Below are positions 35,920-44,392 of a stretch of DNA of 64,000 nucleotides, in pieces (the stretch's first letter is position 1; the number at the start of each line of letters is the position of its first letter). The DNA comes from Cyclobacteriaceae bacterium (GTDB lineage Bacteria; Bacteroidota; Bacteroidia; Cytophagales; Cyclobacteriaceae), in the NCBI GenBank assembly GCA_036563875.1, contig DATCLO010000207.1:74353-138352 (forward strand). Direction: 5' to 3'. Made by a program: the position numbers and the translations under genes. The notes beneath the pieces were generated by a model that did no database searches, was not told where the DNA came from, and worked only from the letters and a program-made list of their open reading frames with translations.

Positions 35920-37206
35920 CTATAGCGATGTCTTGAACCGTTCATAGCACTCGCGGTTCAGCCGTTCGCGGTGATCGGGATGCGCAATGCGGATCAATTC
36001 CTTTGCACGATCCGCAATGGACTTGCCATACAGATACGCAATGCCATACTCGGTAACGACGTAGTGCGCATGGGCTCGGGTAGTCACTACACCTGCACCC
36101 TGCTGGAGAAGAGAAACAATCTTCGACTGTCCTTTTGCCGTAACCGACGGCATGGCAATAATCGGCTTGCCCCCTTCTGACAATGAAGCGCCTCTCATAA
36201 AGTCCATCTGGCCTCCCACGCCGCTATACATGTATTCACCGATGCTGTCGGCGCAGACCTGGCCCGTAAGGTCGACCTCTATTGCGCTGTTGATGGCAGT
36301 AGTTTTGGGGTTTTGCCTGATAATGGACGTATCATTGGTATAGTCAACCTCCAGCATAGCCAATCCGGGATTGTCGTGCATGAAGTCGTACAGCTGTTGT
36401 GTTCCTAAGGCGAACGTGCTGACAATCTTTCCGCGGTGTTTCTTCTTGTACTTTCCGGTGATCACCCCTTTTTCAACCAGGGGGATTATACCATCGGAAA
36501 ACATCTCGGTGTGTACGCCGAGGTCCTTGTGGTTCTGCAGAGAAGCCAGCACAGCGTTGGGTATACTGCCGATGCCGAGCTGAAGCGTGGCCCGGTCCTC
36601 AACAAGCGACGCGACATTACGTCCTATCTCTTCTTCAATAGGCGTTGGAACTCCCGGATCGTGAGTGTACAGCGGCACATCGTACTCAACCATTCTTGTG
36701 AGCCGCTGATAATGTATCTGGGCATCGCCGTGAGTTCGGGGCATGTACTTGTTGACCTGTGCGATCACCACGCCGGCATTTTCAATAGCTGCGCGCGTTG
36801 CATCGACCGAGGTACCCAGAGAGCAGTATCCATGTTGATCAGGTGGCGACACCGTGACGAGTGCCACATCGATGGGTACGATGCCCTGCCGGATCAGCCG
36901 CGGGATCTCTGATAGAAACACGGGGATATAGCTTCCCCGACCCTCGGCAATGGCCTTGCGTACGTTGCTGCCGATGAAGAACGCATTGTGATGAAATATG
37001 CCCTTGTATTCAGGGCGGGTATACGGGGCATCGCCTTCGGTATGGAGGTGAAAGATCTTGACATCCTTCAGGCTATCTGCACGCTTAACCATCGCCTCTA
37101 TCAACACTCTGGGTGCTGCCGCCACGCTGTGAATGAACACATTTTGCCCGGGCTTTAGCAACCCCAACGCCTCGTCCGCGGACGTGAGCCTGATTGTATT
37201 TGTCAT
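35920..37206 (-). CDS. acetyl-CoA hydrolase/transferase family protein (4-hydroxybutyrate/succinate CoA-transferase-like)
   Basis: 428 aa. Motifs QLGIGSIPNAV and SGVGGQMDF, with family-typical length. Confidence 0.9.
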   Translation of the reverse strand: MTNTIRLTSADEALGLLKPGQNVFIHSVAAAPRVLIEAMVKRADSLKDVKIFHLHTEGDAPYTRPEYKGIFHHNAFFIGSNVRKAIAEGRGSYIPVFLSEIPRLIRQGIVPIDVALVTVSPPDQHGYCSLGTSVDATRAAIENAGVVIAQVNKYMPRTHGDAQIHYQRLTRMVEYDVPLYTHDPGVPTPIEEEIGRNVASLVEDRATLQLGIGSIPNAVLASLQNHKDLGVHTEMFSDGIIPLVEKGVITGKYKKKHRGKIVSTFALGTQQLYDFMHDNPGLAMLEVDYTNDTSIIRQNPKTTAINSAIEVDLTGQVCADSIGEYMYSGVGGQMDFMRGASLSEGGKPIIAMPSVTAKGQSKIVSLLQQGAGVVTTRAHAHYVVTEYGIAYLYGKSIADRAKELIRIAHPDHRERLNRECYERFKTSL

Positions 37207-37220
37207 TAGTACATTGTTGT

Positions 37221-38762
37221 TTACGTCTTTTCGGCAGGGAGTTCGCCTTTTACCATACTCATGATGTCGTCTACATACTCGCGGGAATTCGAAAGCCGAG
37301 GCACTTTGTTTTGTCCTCCAAGCTTGCCGCGCCGTTTCATCCAGTTGTAGAACGTACCTTCTTCAACACGGTGCAGCCGCGGGAGTGTCAACGCAAGGTC
37401 GTTCGAACGCTTGGCGTCGTAATCCGAGTTGATTTCACGCAGGGTCTGATCGAGTATGAGCGTAAATTCGTCGAGACTGGAAGGCGCTACTTTGAATTCG
37501 ACGATCCATTCGTGGCTTCCTTTCTTTCCTTCTTCAAGGAAGACGGGCGCTGCCGTAAAATTGCTGATCTCCGCGCCGGTGAGTTCACAGGCGCGTGTGA
37601 TGGCTGCTTCCGCATTTTCCACGATAACCTCTTCTCCGAACGCGTTGATGAAATGCTTGGTGCGGCCTGTGATCCTGATGCGGAACGGAGAGAGTGATGT
37701 GAACTTCACGGTGTCGCCGATGTTGTATCGCCACAAGCCAGCGTTCGTTGTGATGATCATCGCGTAGTTGGTTCCCAGCTTCACTTCATCCAGACCGATC
37801 GCCCGCGGGTTTTCTTTTTCGATTTCGTCCATGGGAACGAACTCGTAGAAGATGCCGTAGTCGAGCATCAGCAGCAAGTCCTCGCTTCCTGATCGATCCT
37901 GAATTCCGAAGAAACCTTCACTCGCATTGTAGGTTTCCCAGTATCGCATTGTGCTGCGGGGAATGAGATTCTGGAACAGGCTACGGTATGGACCAAATGA
38001 AACAGCACCATGGAAGAAGACCTCGAGTTGTGGCCATACTTCTGTGATGTTTTGCTTGCCAGCAATGTCTGTAACGCGCTGGATGAGCAGAAGCGTCCAC
38101 GTTGGCACGCCGGATATGTTGGTGACGTTGACGCCCGCTGTCTCGCGCGCCATCTTTTCTATTTTTTCTTCCCAATTGCTCATGAGCGCCGTCTCAAGAC
38201 TAGGTGTTCGAATGAACTGCGCCCAGTGCGGAAGGTTCTGCATGATCACCGCTGAAACGTCGCCGTAATATGAACTTGCGCTGGGATCATATTCGTTGAT
38301 CTGGTGGCTGCCACCGACCGCGAGACCTTTTCCATCGAAAATCCTCGTGTCAGGGAAGTTGTTCACATAAATGGAAAGAAGATCCTTACCCCCCTTGAAG
38401 TGACAATCCTCAAGCGCCTCCTGTGAAACGGGGATAAACTTACTCCGTGCGTTTGTGGTCCCTGAAGATTTTGAAAACCATTTTATCTCCGTAGGCCACA
38501 GCACGTTTTGTTCACCCCGCATGACACGGTGGATGTAGGGAAAAATTTTCTCGTAGGTATGAATGGGCACCCGTTCGCGGTATTGCTCGTAGTTGCGGAT
38601 GTCGCGAAAACCGTGTGCCTTACCAAACTCGGTTTGTTCGCCCATTTGCAGGAGCTTCCGCAGAAGTTCTTCCTGAACCTCATGAGGGTATTTCATGAAA
38701 AGCTCAATCTGATGAATGCGCTTTTTCATGACCCAGGTCAGTATGGAATTGATAATGCCCAT
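37221..38762 (-). CDS. GH3 (auxin-responsive promoter) family adenylating enzyme homologue
   Basis: 513 aa. F(S)KSSGTT is the acyl-adenylate P-loop-like motif, with YNASEGFFG, NIGD and typical GH3 length. Confidence 0.85.
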   Translation of the reverse strand: MGIINSILTWVMKKRIHQIELFMKYPHEVQEELLRKLLQMGEQTEFGKAHGFRDIRNYEQYRERVPIHTYEKIFPYIHRVMRGEQNVLWPTEIKWFSKSSGTTNARSKFIPVSQEALEDCHFKGGKDLLSIYVNNFPDTRIFDGKGLAVGGSHQINEYDPSASSYYGDVSAVIMQNLPHWAQFIRTPSLETALMSNWEEKIEKMARETAGVNVTNISGVPTWTLLLIQRVTDIAGKQNITEVWPQLEVFFHGAVSFGPYRSLFQNLIPRSTMRYWETYNASEGFFGIQDRSGSEDLLLMLDYGIFYEFVPMDEIEKENPRAIGLDEVKLGTNYAMIITTNAGLWRYNIGDTVKFTSLSPFRIRITGRTKHFINAFGEEVIVENAEAAITRACELTGAEISNFTAAPVFLEEGKKGSHEWIVEFKVAPSSLDEFTLILDQTLREINSDYDAKRSNDLALTLPRLHRVEEGTFYNWMKRRGKLGGQNKVPRLSNSREYVDDIMSMVKGELPAEKT

Positions 38763-38773
38763 CGCAACAATCT

Positions 38774-38781
38774 CAAAAATA
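38774..38781 (-). promoter_or_regulatory. -7 promoter box (TATTTTTG) for the GH3-family gene
   Basis: Plus-strand caaaaata is TATTTTTG on the minus strand, 11 nt upstream of the ATG at 38762. Confidence 0.45.
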
Positions 38782-38804
38782 GCGGACTTTTGGCAAATTC
38801 GACG

Positions 38805-39560
38805 CTAGGGATTGTCCCCCTGCTGGATGACCTTGGCGCGTCGCAATTCAAAGTTCTGGCCAAGGTAGACTTTCCGGACCTGCGGATCGTTGGCAAGATC
38901 TTCCGCAGTACCCGATTTGAACAATTTGCCATCTACCATCAGGTAGGCTCGGTCGGTTATGGAGAGGGTTTCGTCCACGTTGTGGTCGGTAATAAGGATG
39001 CCGATGTTCTTGCTCTTAAGCTTGGAGACGATCGACTGAATTTCCTCAACAGCAATGGGGTCAACGCCTGCAAACGGCTCGTCCAGTAAGACGAATTTCG
39101 GATCCACTGCAAGCGCACGAGCGATCTCCGTGCGTCGACGTTCACCCCCGGAAAGAGACATACCCAGATTGTTCCGAACTTTCTGAAGGCTAAATTCATT
39201 GATCAACGCCTCCACCTTGTCGCGCCGTTGTTGTTTCGTATAGTCCCGCAGCTCCAACACCGACATTATGTTTTCTTCAACCGTGAGCTTTCTGAACACC
39301 GATGCCTCCTGCGCTAGATAGCCTATTCCCCGCTTCGCACGCTGATACATCGGCAGCGCCGTGATTTCTTCGTCATCCAAAAAAATCCTCCCTTCATTCG
39401 GTTTGATGAGACCGACGATCATGTAGAATGAAGTAGTCTTGCCAGCTCCATTTGGGCCGAGCAATCCCACGATCTCCCCCTGACCGACCTCCACCGACAC
39501 GTCGTTCACTACGGTGCGCGTCTTGTATTTTTTTACAAGATGTTCTGCTCTCAGTATCAT
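38805..39560 (-). CDS. lptB: LPS export ABC transporter ATP-binding protein
   Basis: 251 aa. [35 protein letters not shown] and the LptB-type ITDHNV. Confidence 0.9.
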   Translation of the reverse strand: MILRAEHLVKKYKTRTVVNDVSVEVGQGEIVGLLGPNGAGKTTSFYMIVGLIKPNEGRIFLDDEEITALPMYQRAKRGIGYLAQEASVFRKLTVEENIMSVLELRDYTKQQRRDKVEALINEFSLQKVRNNLGMSLSGGERRRTEIARALAVDPKFVLLDEPFAGVDPIAVEEIQSIVSKLKSKNIGILITDHNVDETLSITDRAYLMVDGKLFKSGTAEDLANDPQVRKVYLGQNFELRRAKVIQQGDNP

Positions 39561-41260
39561 TCTATCCCTTTGATATCCTTAAGACGGAGCTGTATGCTCG
39601 TTGTCCCGTTATACGTATTTTCCTCGATATGAAATGCCAGGGAAAATCGCCCACCGGCCTGTAGTCTTTCATAATACTCCGCAAGATTGAAGCCAACAAC
39701 CTGGAAGACGTTTTGCGCGCCTTCCTGACCCGCCAGGAAGCGAATGTGCTTTTCCTTGAACCGGGAAAGCGAATTGAACACATAAACATTGTGGGCAACG
39801 AACACCGGTGTGGGGTTTTCAGGGCCAAATGGCGCCATCTGCTTCAGGATGTTCACGAATTTCGGTGTAATCGCGTCGAAATGGACCTCCGTGTCAATAT
39901 CAATTACGGGAATGAGCATTTCGGGCGTGAGGTTCGCCGCGACCACCTCCTCGAATCTTTGCCGGAATGCCGGTAAGTTATTCGGATCCAGGGTCAGTCC
40001 GGCTGCGTATTTGTGACCTCCGAATTTTTCCAGCAAATCACTGCAGGCACTGATCGCCTGGTACAGATCGAATCCGTGTATACTTCGCGCGGAGCCGGTT
40101 AGCTTGTCGTTGGAAGCTGTGAGTATGATAGTAGGCCGGTAGTATCGCTCCACGCATCGCGCCGCCACGATACCGATTACACCCTTGTGCCACGTATCCT
40201 TGAAGAGAACCGTCGATTTGGCAATGCGATGCGTTTCATCGCCTTCGATCATTTTCAGCGCTTCCTCGGTGATATTCAAATCATACTTCCTCCGCATGTC
40301 GTTGTTCTCATCCAACGCTGCGGCGAACGACTGAGCTTCTTCGACAGTCCGTGCCGTTAACATCTTCACTGCCGCACTCGCGTGATCGATGCGACCTGCA
40401 GCATTGATTCGTGGGCCGAGTGTGAAGACAATGCCCGATACGTCCAATACTGATGTCACTCCTGCAACATCCATCAACGCTTTCAGTCCGGGTGTTGGAT
40501 TGGAGTTGAGTTTCTTTGTTCCAAAGTGGGCGAGCACGCGGTTCTCTCCGATGATCGGCACAACGTCAGATGCAATGCTCACTGCGACGAGATCGAGATA
40601 ACGGAACACTTCCTGTTCATCCCGATAGCGCCGAGCATAGGCTTGCATGAACTTAAAGCCCAGTCCGCATCCACTAAGTTCCTTGAATGGATAACAGCAA
40701 TCTTCCTGCTTGGGATCAAGCACTGCAACGGCTTCGGGTACTACTGAGCCGGGCACGTGATGGTCGCAAATGACGAAGTCTATTCCGTATTCCTTCGCAA
40801 GCCGCACCATGTCCATCGCCTTGATCCCGCAGTCTAGTGCCACGATAAGGGAAAAACCATTATTGTGCGCCCACTCTATGCCTTCACGCGAAACACCATA
40901 CCCTTCGCTGTACCGGTCGGGAATATAAATCTCGCAGTGATTGTAAAAGGTCTTGAGGTAACTGTATACCAATGCAACCGCTGTCGTTCCATCGACATCG
41001 TAGTCGCCGTAGATAAGAACGCGTTCCTGATTTCTGATCGCGTTGTTGAACCGCTCGACCGCTTCGCTCATACCTTTCATAAGGAACGGGTCATGCAGCA
41101 TGTCGAGGGTAGGACGGAAGAAATCGCGTGCTGATTCAAAGTTGTCGATGCCCCGTTGAATGAGCACGGTGCACAGGTAGGGATTAACATTGATTTGGCG
41201 CGACAGTGCACGTATGGCCTCTTCCGGCGGTTTGCTGATGTAGCGCCATCTCTTTTTCAT
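39557..41260 (-). CDS. recJ: single-stranded-DNA-specific exonuclease RecJ
   Basis: 567 aa. DHH motifs are [14 protein letters not shown] and ICDHH. The DHHA1 motif is GGHKYAAG. Confidence 0.95.
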   Translation of the reverse strand: MKKRWRYISKPPEEAIRALSRQINVNPYLCTVLIQRGIDNFESARDFFRPTLDMLHDPFLMKGMSEAVERFNNAIRNQERVLIYGDYDVDGTTAVALVYSYLKTFYNHCEIYIPDRYSEGYGVSREGIEWAHNNGFSLIVALDCGIKAMDMVRLAKEYGIDFVICDHHVPGSVVPEAVAVLDPKQEDCCYPFKELSGCGLGFKFMQAYARRYRDEQEVFRYLDLVAVSIASDVVPIIGENRVLAHFGTKKLNSNPTPGLKALMDVAGVTSVLDVSGIVFTLGPRINAAGRIDHASAAVKMLTARTVEEAQSFAAALDENNDMRRKYDLNITEEALKMIEGDETHRIAKSTVLFKDTWHKGVIGIVAARCVERYYRPTIILTASNDKLTGSARSIHGFDLYQAISACSDLLEKFGGHKYAAGLTLDPNNLPAFRQRFEEVVAANLTPEMLIPVIDIDTEVHFDAITPKFVNILKQMAPFGPENPTPVFVAHNVYVFNSLSRFKEKHIRFLAGQEGAQNVFQVVGFNLAEYYERLQAGGRFSLAFHIEENTYNGTTSIQLRLKDIKGIE

Positions 41261-41299
41261 GGAACGGGGTTGGTGGTATAAGGGAAGCGCGTACGAGCG

Positions 41300-42085
41300 C
41301 TAGTTGATTTCGAAGTTCAGGGTACCCTTTTCCCCGGGTTTCCCATTCGGACCGTCGTAACCGCTGTCGCCTGTCTGACCATTTCGGTTCTTCGGTCCAA
41401 GTCCAGGAGCGCCTGCATAACCTCGGCGGCCTCCAAAGCCAAAGTGGCCGCCGGTGCTTCTGAAGGTCATCTGCTTGCTGACAAGGGCGCGAACATCAGG
41501 ACATCGTGAGCAGTTGATCGTAAGCCTTCCGCCGTTACCTCCATTTCCGCCGGCGCCGCCATTTCCGCCGCTTCCGCCGTTGCCTCCATTACAGTGGAGA
41601 GTTCCAGGGCTTCCACCACCGCCGTGTCCACCATCACCGCCCCTGCCGCCTACACCTCCTGACAGGTCTACAAGTACGTGACCCGTGAGGTATAACTGCT
41701 CGAAGTAAAGAAAGAGGTTGTTGCCGTTGCCTCCGTCCAGTCCGCGACCACCATCTCGCGCGTCAGCCCCATTGCGGCACGGCCCGGTAGCAGTGTCTCC
41801 GTTTTGGCCGTTCCTTCCCGGTGCGCCATCAATTCCGCGGCCGTCGATTCGGCTGCCGCTTCCCATATAGGCGACCTGTGCGCGAATAAAATTGTCCCGC
41901 TTAAGGGGGTTAAGCTTGATGCAGGACGAGTCCATCATGATGAGTGTGTCTGCGACGATGATGTCTGATTCCTTCAACTCGTACACTTCATTAGGCTTAA
42001 TGACGAGTGTACCCACCCTCACTTGCGCGGAGCCTGCTATGGATAGCAGCAACGCGCAGAGACACACCACTAAAAACTTACTCAT
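41300..42085 (-). CDS. secreted glycine-rich repeat protein, function unknown
   Basis: The ATG at 42085 gives signal peptide MSKFLVVCLCALLLSIAGSAQ. Short hydrophobic beta-like segments alternate with Gly-rich tracts (GGNGGSGGNGGAGGNGGNGG, GAPGRNGQNGD, GPNGKPGEKG). The upstream extension to 42163 crosses a terminator. Confidence 0.6.
   Translation of the reverse strand: MSKFLVVCLCALLLSIAGSAQVRVGTLVIKPNEVYELKESDIIVADTLIMMDSSCIKLNPLKRDNFIRAQVAYMGSGSRIDGRGIDGAPGRNGQNGDTATGPCRNGADARDGGRGLDGGNGNNLFLYFEQLYLTGHVLVDLSGGVGGRGGDGGHGGGGSPGTLHCNGGNGGSGGNGGAGGNGGNGGRLTINCSRCPDVRALVSKQMTFRSTGGHFGFGGRRGYAGAPGLGPKNRNGQTGDSGYDGPNGKPGEKGTLNFEIN
41526..41581 (-). repeat. short in-frame DNA repeats inside the Gly-rich gene
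   Basis: CTTCCGCCGTT occurs at 41526-41536 and 41571-41581, 45 nt apart. CCATTTCCGCC occurs at 41541-41551 and 41559-41569, 18 nt apart. Confidence 0.7.
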
Positions 42086-42089
42086 TCCA

Positions 42090-42097
42090 CAAAAATA
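42090..42097 (-). promoter_or_regulatory. -7 promoter box (TATTTTTG) for the Gly-rich gene, 4 nt from the ATG
   Basis: Plus-strand caaaaata is TATTTTTG on the minus strand. Only 4 nt separate it from the ATG at 42085. Confidence 0.45.
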
Positions 42098-42145
42098 ACC
42101 GGAACCCTGATTATACAAAAAATCGTGCCGCGCACCCGTGATTTC

Positions 42146-42179
42146 AAAAAAAAAGAGCGACACAAATCTCGTGTAGCTC
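42146..42179 (-). terminator. rho-independent terminator after the coiled-coil/SPOR-like gene
   Basis: On the minus strand: GAGCTACAC-GAGATTT-GTGTCGCTC followed by T9. On the plus strand this is the A-run at 42146-42154 and the stem at 42155-42179. Confidence 0.75.
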
Positions 42180-42207
42180 CTTTTCCTATTTCAATATCCT
42201 GAAGCGC

Positions 42208-42840
42208 TCATGATCCCGCGCCCTGCGGCCGATCTGAAACAACGCCTTCAAGTACATCTTTGATCTCTACGCGAGTGCCATCGCGATAGGGAACGATCCA
42301 CGCATCTTTTACGCCCATTTCCCGCATGTATTTCTTGAAAGTATCTGCTTCCCAGTAATCCCGGAAAATACCGATGGTTAAACGTTGTCCGCCATCTTCG
42401 CTGAGTTCGCCTCCAAAATTGGGATTGTTCTGGAAGTACTTGGAAAGATCCTTGTTCCTGAAAGCACCAATCTGCACTTTAAAGACAATCCCCTTCGAGA
42501 AATCCATGGGGTTAGGATTCTTGCTCATTTGTTCCAATTCAGCCCTTGCCGCGGACAGTTGGTTCTGCACCTGAGCCAGTTGGTTTTCCAAATCGGCAAT
42601 GCGGGAATCCTTTGAGCTCATCGTCGATTGCAGTTGATTGACCCGCTGCGTCAGCGACGATACCTGTGTGTCGGCTGCCTGTTTGTCTTCTTCAAGTTGT
42701 TTCAGATTGGCAGGGTTGCGCGCGTATTCCTTAGCCTTTTTTTTCCACTCCTTCTTCTCCTTCTTGGAGAGTTGGCTATAGCCTTCTGTCGATGCAAAAA
42801 TCAGAGCCAGACAGAAGAGGAGGATGAGTTGCTTTTTCAT
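42208..42840 (-). CDS. secreted coiled-coil protein with C-terminal SPOR-like domain
   Basis: 210 aa with a signal peptide, a KKEKKEWKKKAKEY basic stretch and a Q/L-rich coiled coil. The C-terminus FKVQIGAFRNKD...LTIGIFRDYWEADTFKKYMREMGVKDAWIVPY resembles a SPOR fold. Confidence 0.55.
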   Translation of the reverse strand: MKKQLILLFCLALIFASTEGYSQLSKKEKKEWKKKAKEYARNPANLKQLEEDKQAADTQVSSLTQRVNQLQSTMSSKDSRIADLENQLAQVQNQLSAARAELEQMSKNPNPMDFSKGIVFKVQIGAFRNKDLSKYFQNNPNFGGELSEDGGQRLTIGIFRDYWEADTFKKYMREMGVKDAWIVPYRDGTRVEIKDVLEGVVSDRPQGAGS

Positions 42841-42893
42841 TGATGTGGGTTACGTTCAAAAAATGAAGATAAAAGTAACAAAATATTTTGAAA

Positions 42894-44315
42894 TCAACCA
42901 CTTGCCTTCCCGGCACCCACCTTCAGGTTGCCCACCATGTTCGCCGGCTGCACCCATTCATCGAACTGTTCCGGGGTCAAAAGACCGAGCTCCAGTGCGG
43001 CTTCGCGAAGCGTCTTATTCTCTTTGTGCGCCTTCTTGGCAATTCGCGCAGCGTTCTCGTATCCGATATGAGGATTTAATGCAGTTACAAGCATCAGGGA
43101 GTTTTCGAGGTGCCGGCGAATGACGGGTAGGTTAGGTTCGATACCTACTGCACAATTGTTGCTGAAGGAAACGCATGCATCACCTATGAGTCGGGCCGAC
43201 TGCAGCACGTTCGCGGCAATCAGGGGCTTAAACACATTGAGCTCAAAGTGACCATTGCTTCCACCAACGGACACTGCCACGTCGTTCCCTATGACCTGAG
43301 CGCAGACCATAGTCATCGCTTCGGGTTGTGTAGGATTGACCTTTCCTGGCATAATGGATGACCCGGGTTCGTTGTCGGGGATGATGATCTCGCCGATGCC
43401 ACAGCGCGGTCCGGAACTCAGCATCCTGATGTCGTTCGCCACTTTCATCAGCGATACCGCTGCGCGCTTCAAAGCTCCGGAGAGTTCCACCATAGCATCG
43501 TGAGCTGCCAGTGATTCGAATTTGTTCGGAGCCGTGATGAACGGATAGCCCGTCAGTTCGGCTATCTTTTTCGCTACAAGAACGTCATATCCGGTTGGTG
43601 CATTAAGCCCGGTACCGACAGCGGTACCTCCTAACGCAAGTTCCCGTACACCTTCACGCGCTGACTCGATCGCGCGTATGGAATTGGCGAGTTGCTGCGC
43701 GTAGCCGGAAAACTCCTGCCCCAGCGTAAGCGGCGTCGCGTCCATGAAGTGTGTCCGGCCGGTCTTAACGATGTCATGAAATGCCCTGGCTTTTTCGGCC
43801 AGTGTTTGCTGAAGCAACTTCAACCCCGGCAATGTCACTTCCGTGACTTGTTTGTAGGCTGCAATGTGCATCGCCGTCGGGAATGTATCGTTGGAGGATT
43901 GCGACTTGTTAACGTCATCGTTGGGATGCAACACCTTCTTCTCATCCGCCAGCTTACCACCGTTCAATACGTGAGCGCGGTTTGCGATCACTTCGTTGAC
44001 GTTCATGTTGCTCTGCGTTCCGGAGCCGGTTTGCCAGATCACCAAAGGAAACTCCTCGTCGAGCCGACCTTCCAGGATTTCATCACATACACGGCTGATC
44101 AATTTTGACTTTTCAGATGGCAACACGCCCAGTTCTTCGTTGGCCAGCGCTGCAGCTTTTTTCAGTATAGCGAATGCGTGAATGATCTCCACCGGCATGC
44201 TGGCGGGTGAACCGATACGAAAGTTGTTTCGGGACCGTTCGGTTTGCGCGCCCCAGTAGCGCGTGGCGGGCACTTTTACTTCGCCCATGGTGTCCCTTTC
44301 AATGCGGAATTCCAT
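42894..44315 (-). CDS. fumC: class II fumarate hydratase
   Basis: 473 aa. [13 protein letters not shown] at the N-terminus and the signature [11 protein letters not shown]. Confidence 0.97.
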   Translation of the reverse strand: MEFRIERDTMGEVKVPATRYWGAQTERSRNNFRIGSPASMPVEIIHAFAILKKAAALANEELGVLPSEKSKLISRVCDEILEGRLDEEFPLVIWQTGSGTQSNMNVNEVIANRAHVLNGGKLADEKKVLHPNDDVNKSQSSNDTFPTAMHIAAYKQVTEVTLPGLKLLQQTLAEKARAFHDIVKTGRTHFMDATPLTLGQEFSGYAQQLANSIRAIESAREGVRELALGGTAVGTGLNAPTGYDVLVAKKIAELTGYPFITAPNKFESLAAHDAMVELSGALKRAAVSLMKVANDIRMLSSGPRCGIGEIIIPDNEPGSSIMPGKVNPTQPEAMTMVCAQVIGNDVAVSVGGSNGHFELNVFKPLIAANVLQSARLIGDACVSFSNNCAVGIEPNLPVIRRHLENSLMLVTALNPHIGYENAARIAKKAHKENKTLREAALELGLLTPEQFDEWVQPANMVGNLKVGAGKASG

Positions 44316-44340
44316 TGCTATTCGTTTAAATAAGGGTTCG

Positions 44341-44371
44341 CAAAATAAAAAAGCCGGACCTACTCCGGCTT
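44341..44371 (-). terminator. rho-independent terminator after the OmpA-family gene
   Basis: Stem AGCCGGA (44352-44358) with TCCGGCT (44364-44370). On the minus strand it is followed by TTTTTTATTTT. Confidence 0.75.
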
Positions 44372-44392
44372 ATACTTAGGGCTAATTTTGGT

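Noticed and set aside
41454-41681. Proline-rich plus-strand ORF (…PPLPPFPPAPPFPPLPPLPPLQ…).
   Set aside because: It is the reverse-complement shadow of the Gly-rich coding repeats (GGN read backwards gives CCN), not an independent gene.
42841-42893. Near-miss promoter boxes such as TATTTTG upstream of the SPOR-like gene, fumC (about 44330) and the SNF2 gene (about 25960), and TAtaTTTC/TAgtTTTC upstream of the DUF4783-like gene.
   Set aside because: They deviate from TAnnTTTG by one base or one spacing unit, so I did not list them as features. They may still be functional weaker promoters.
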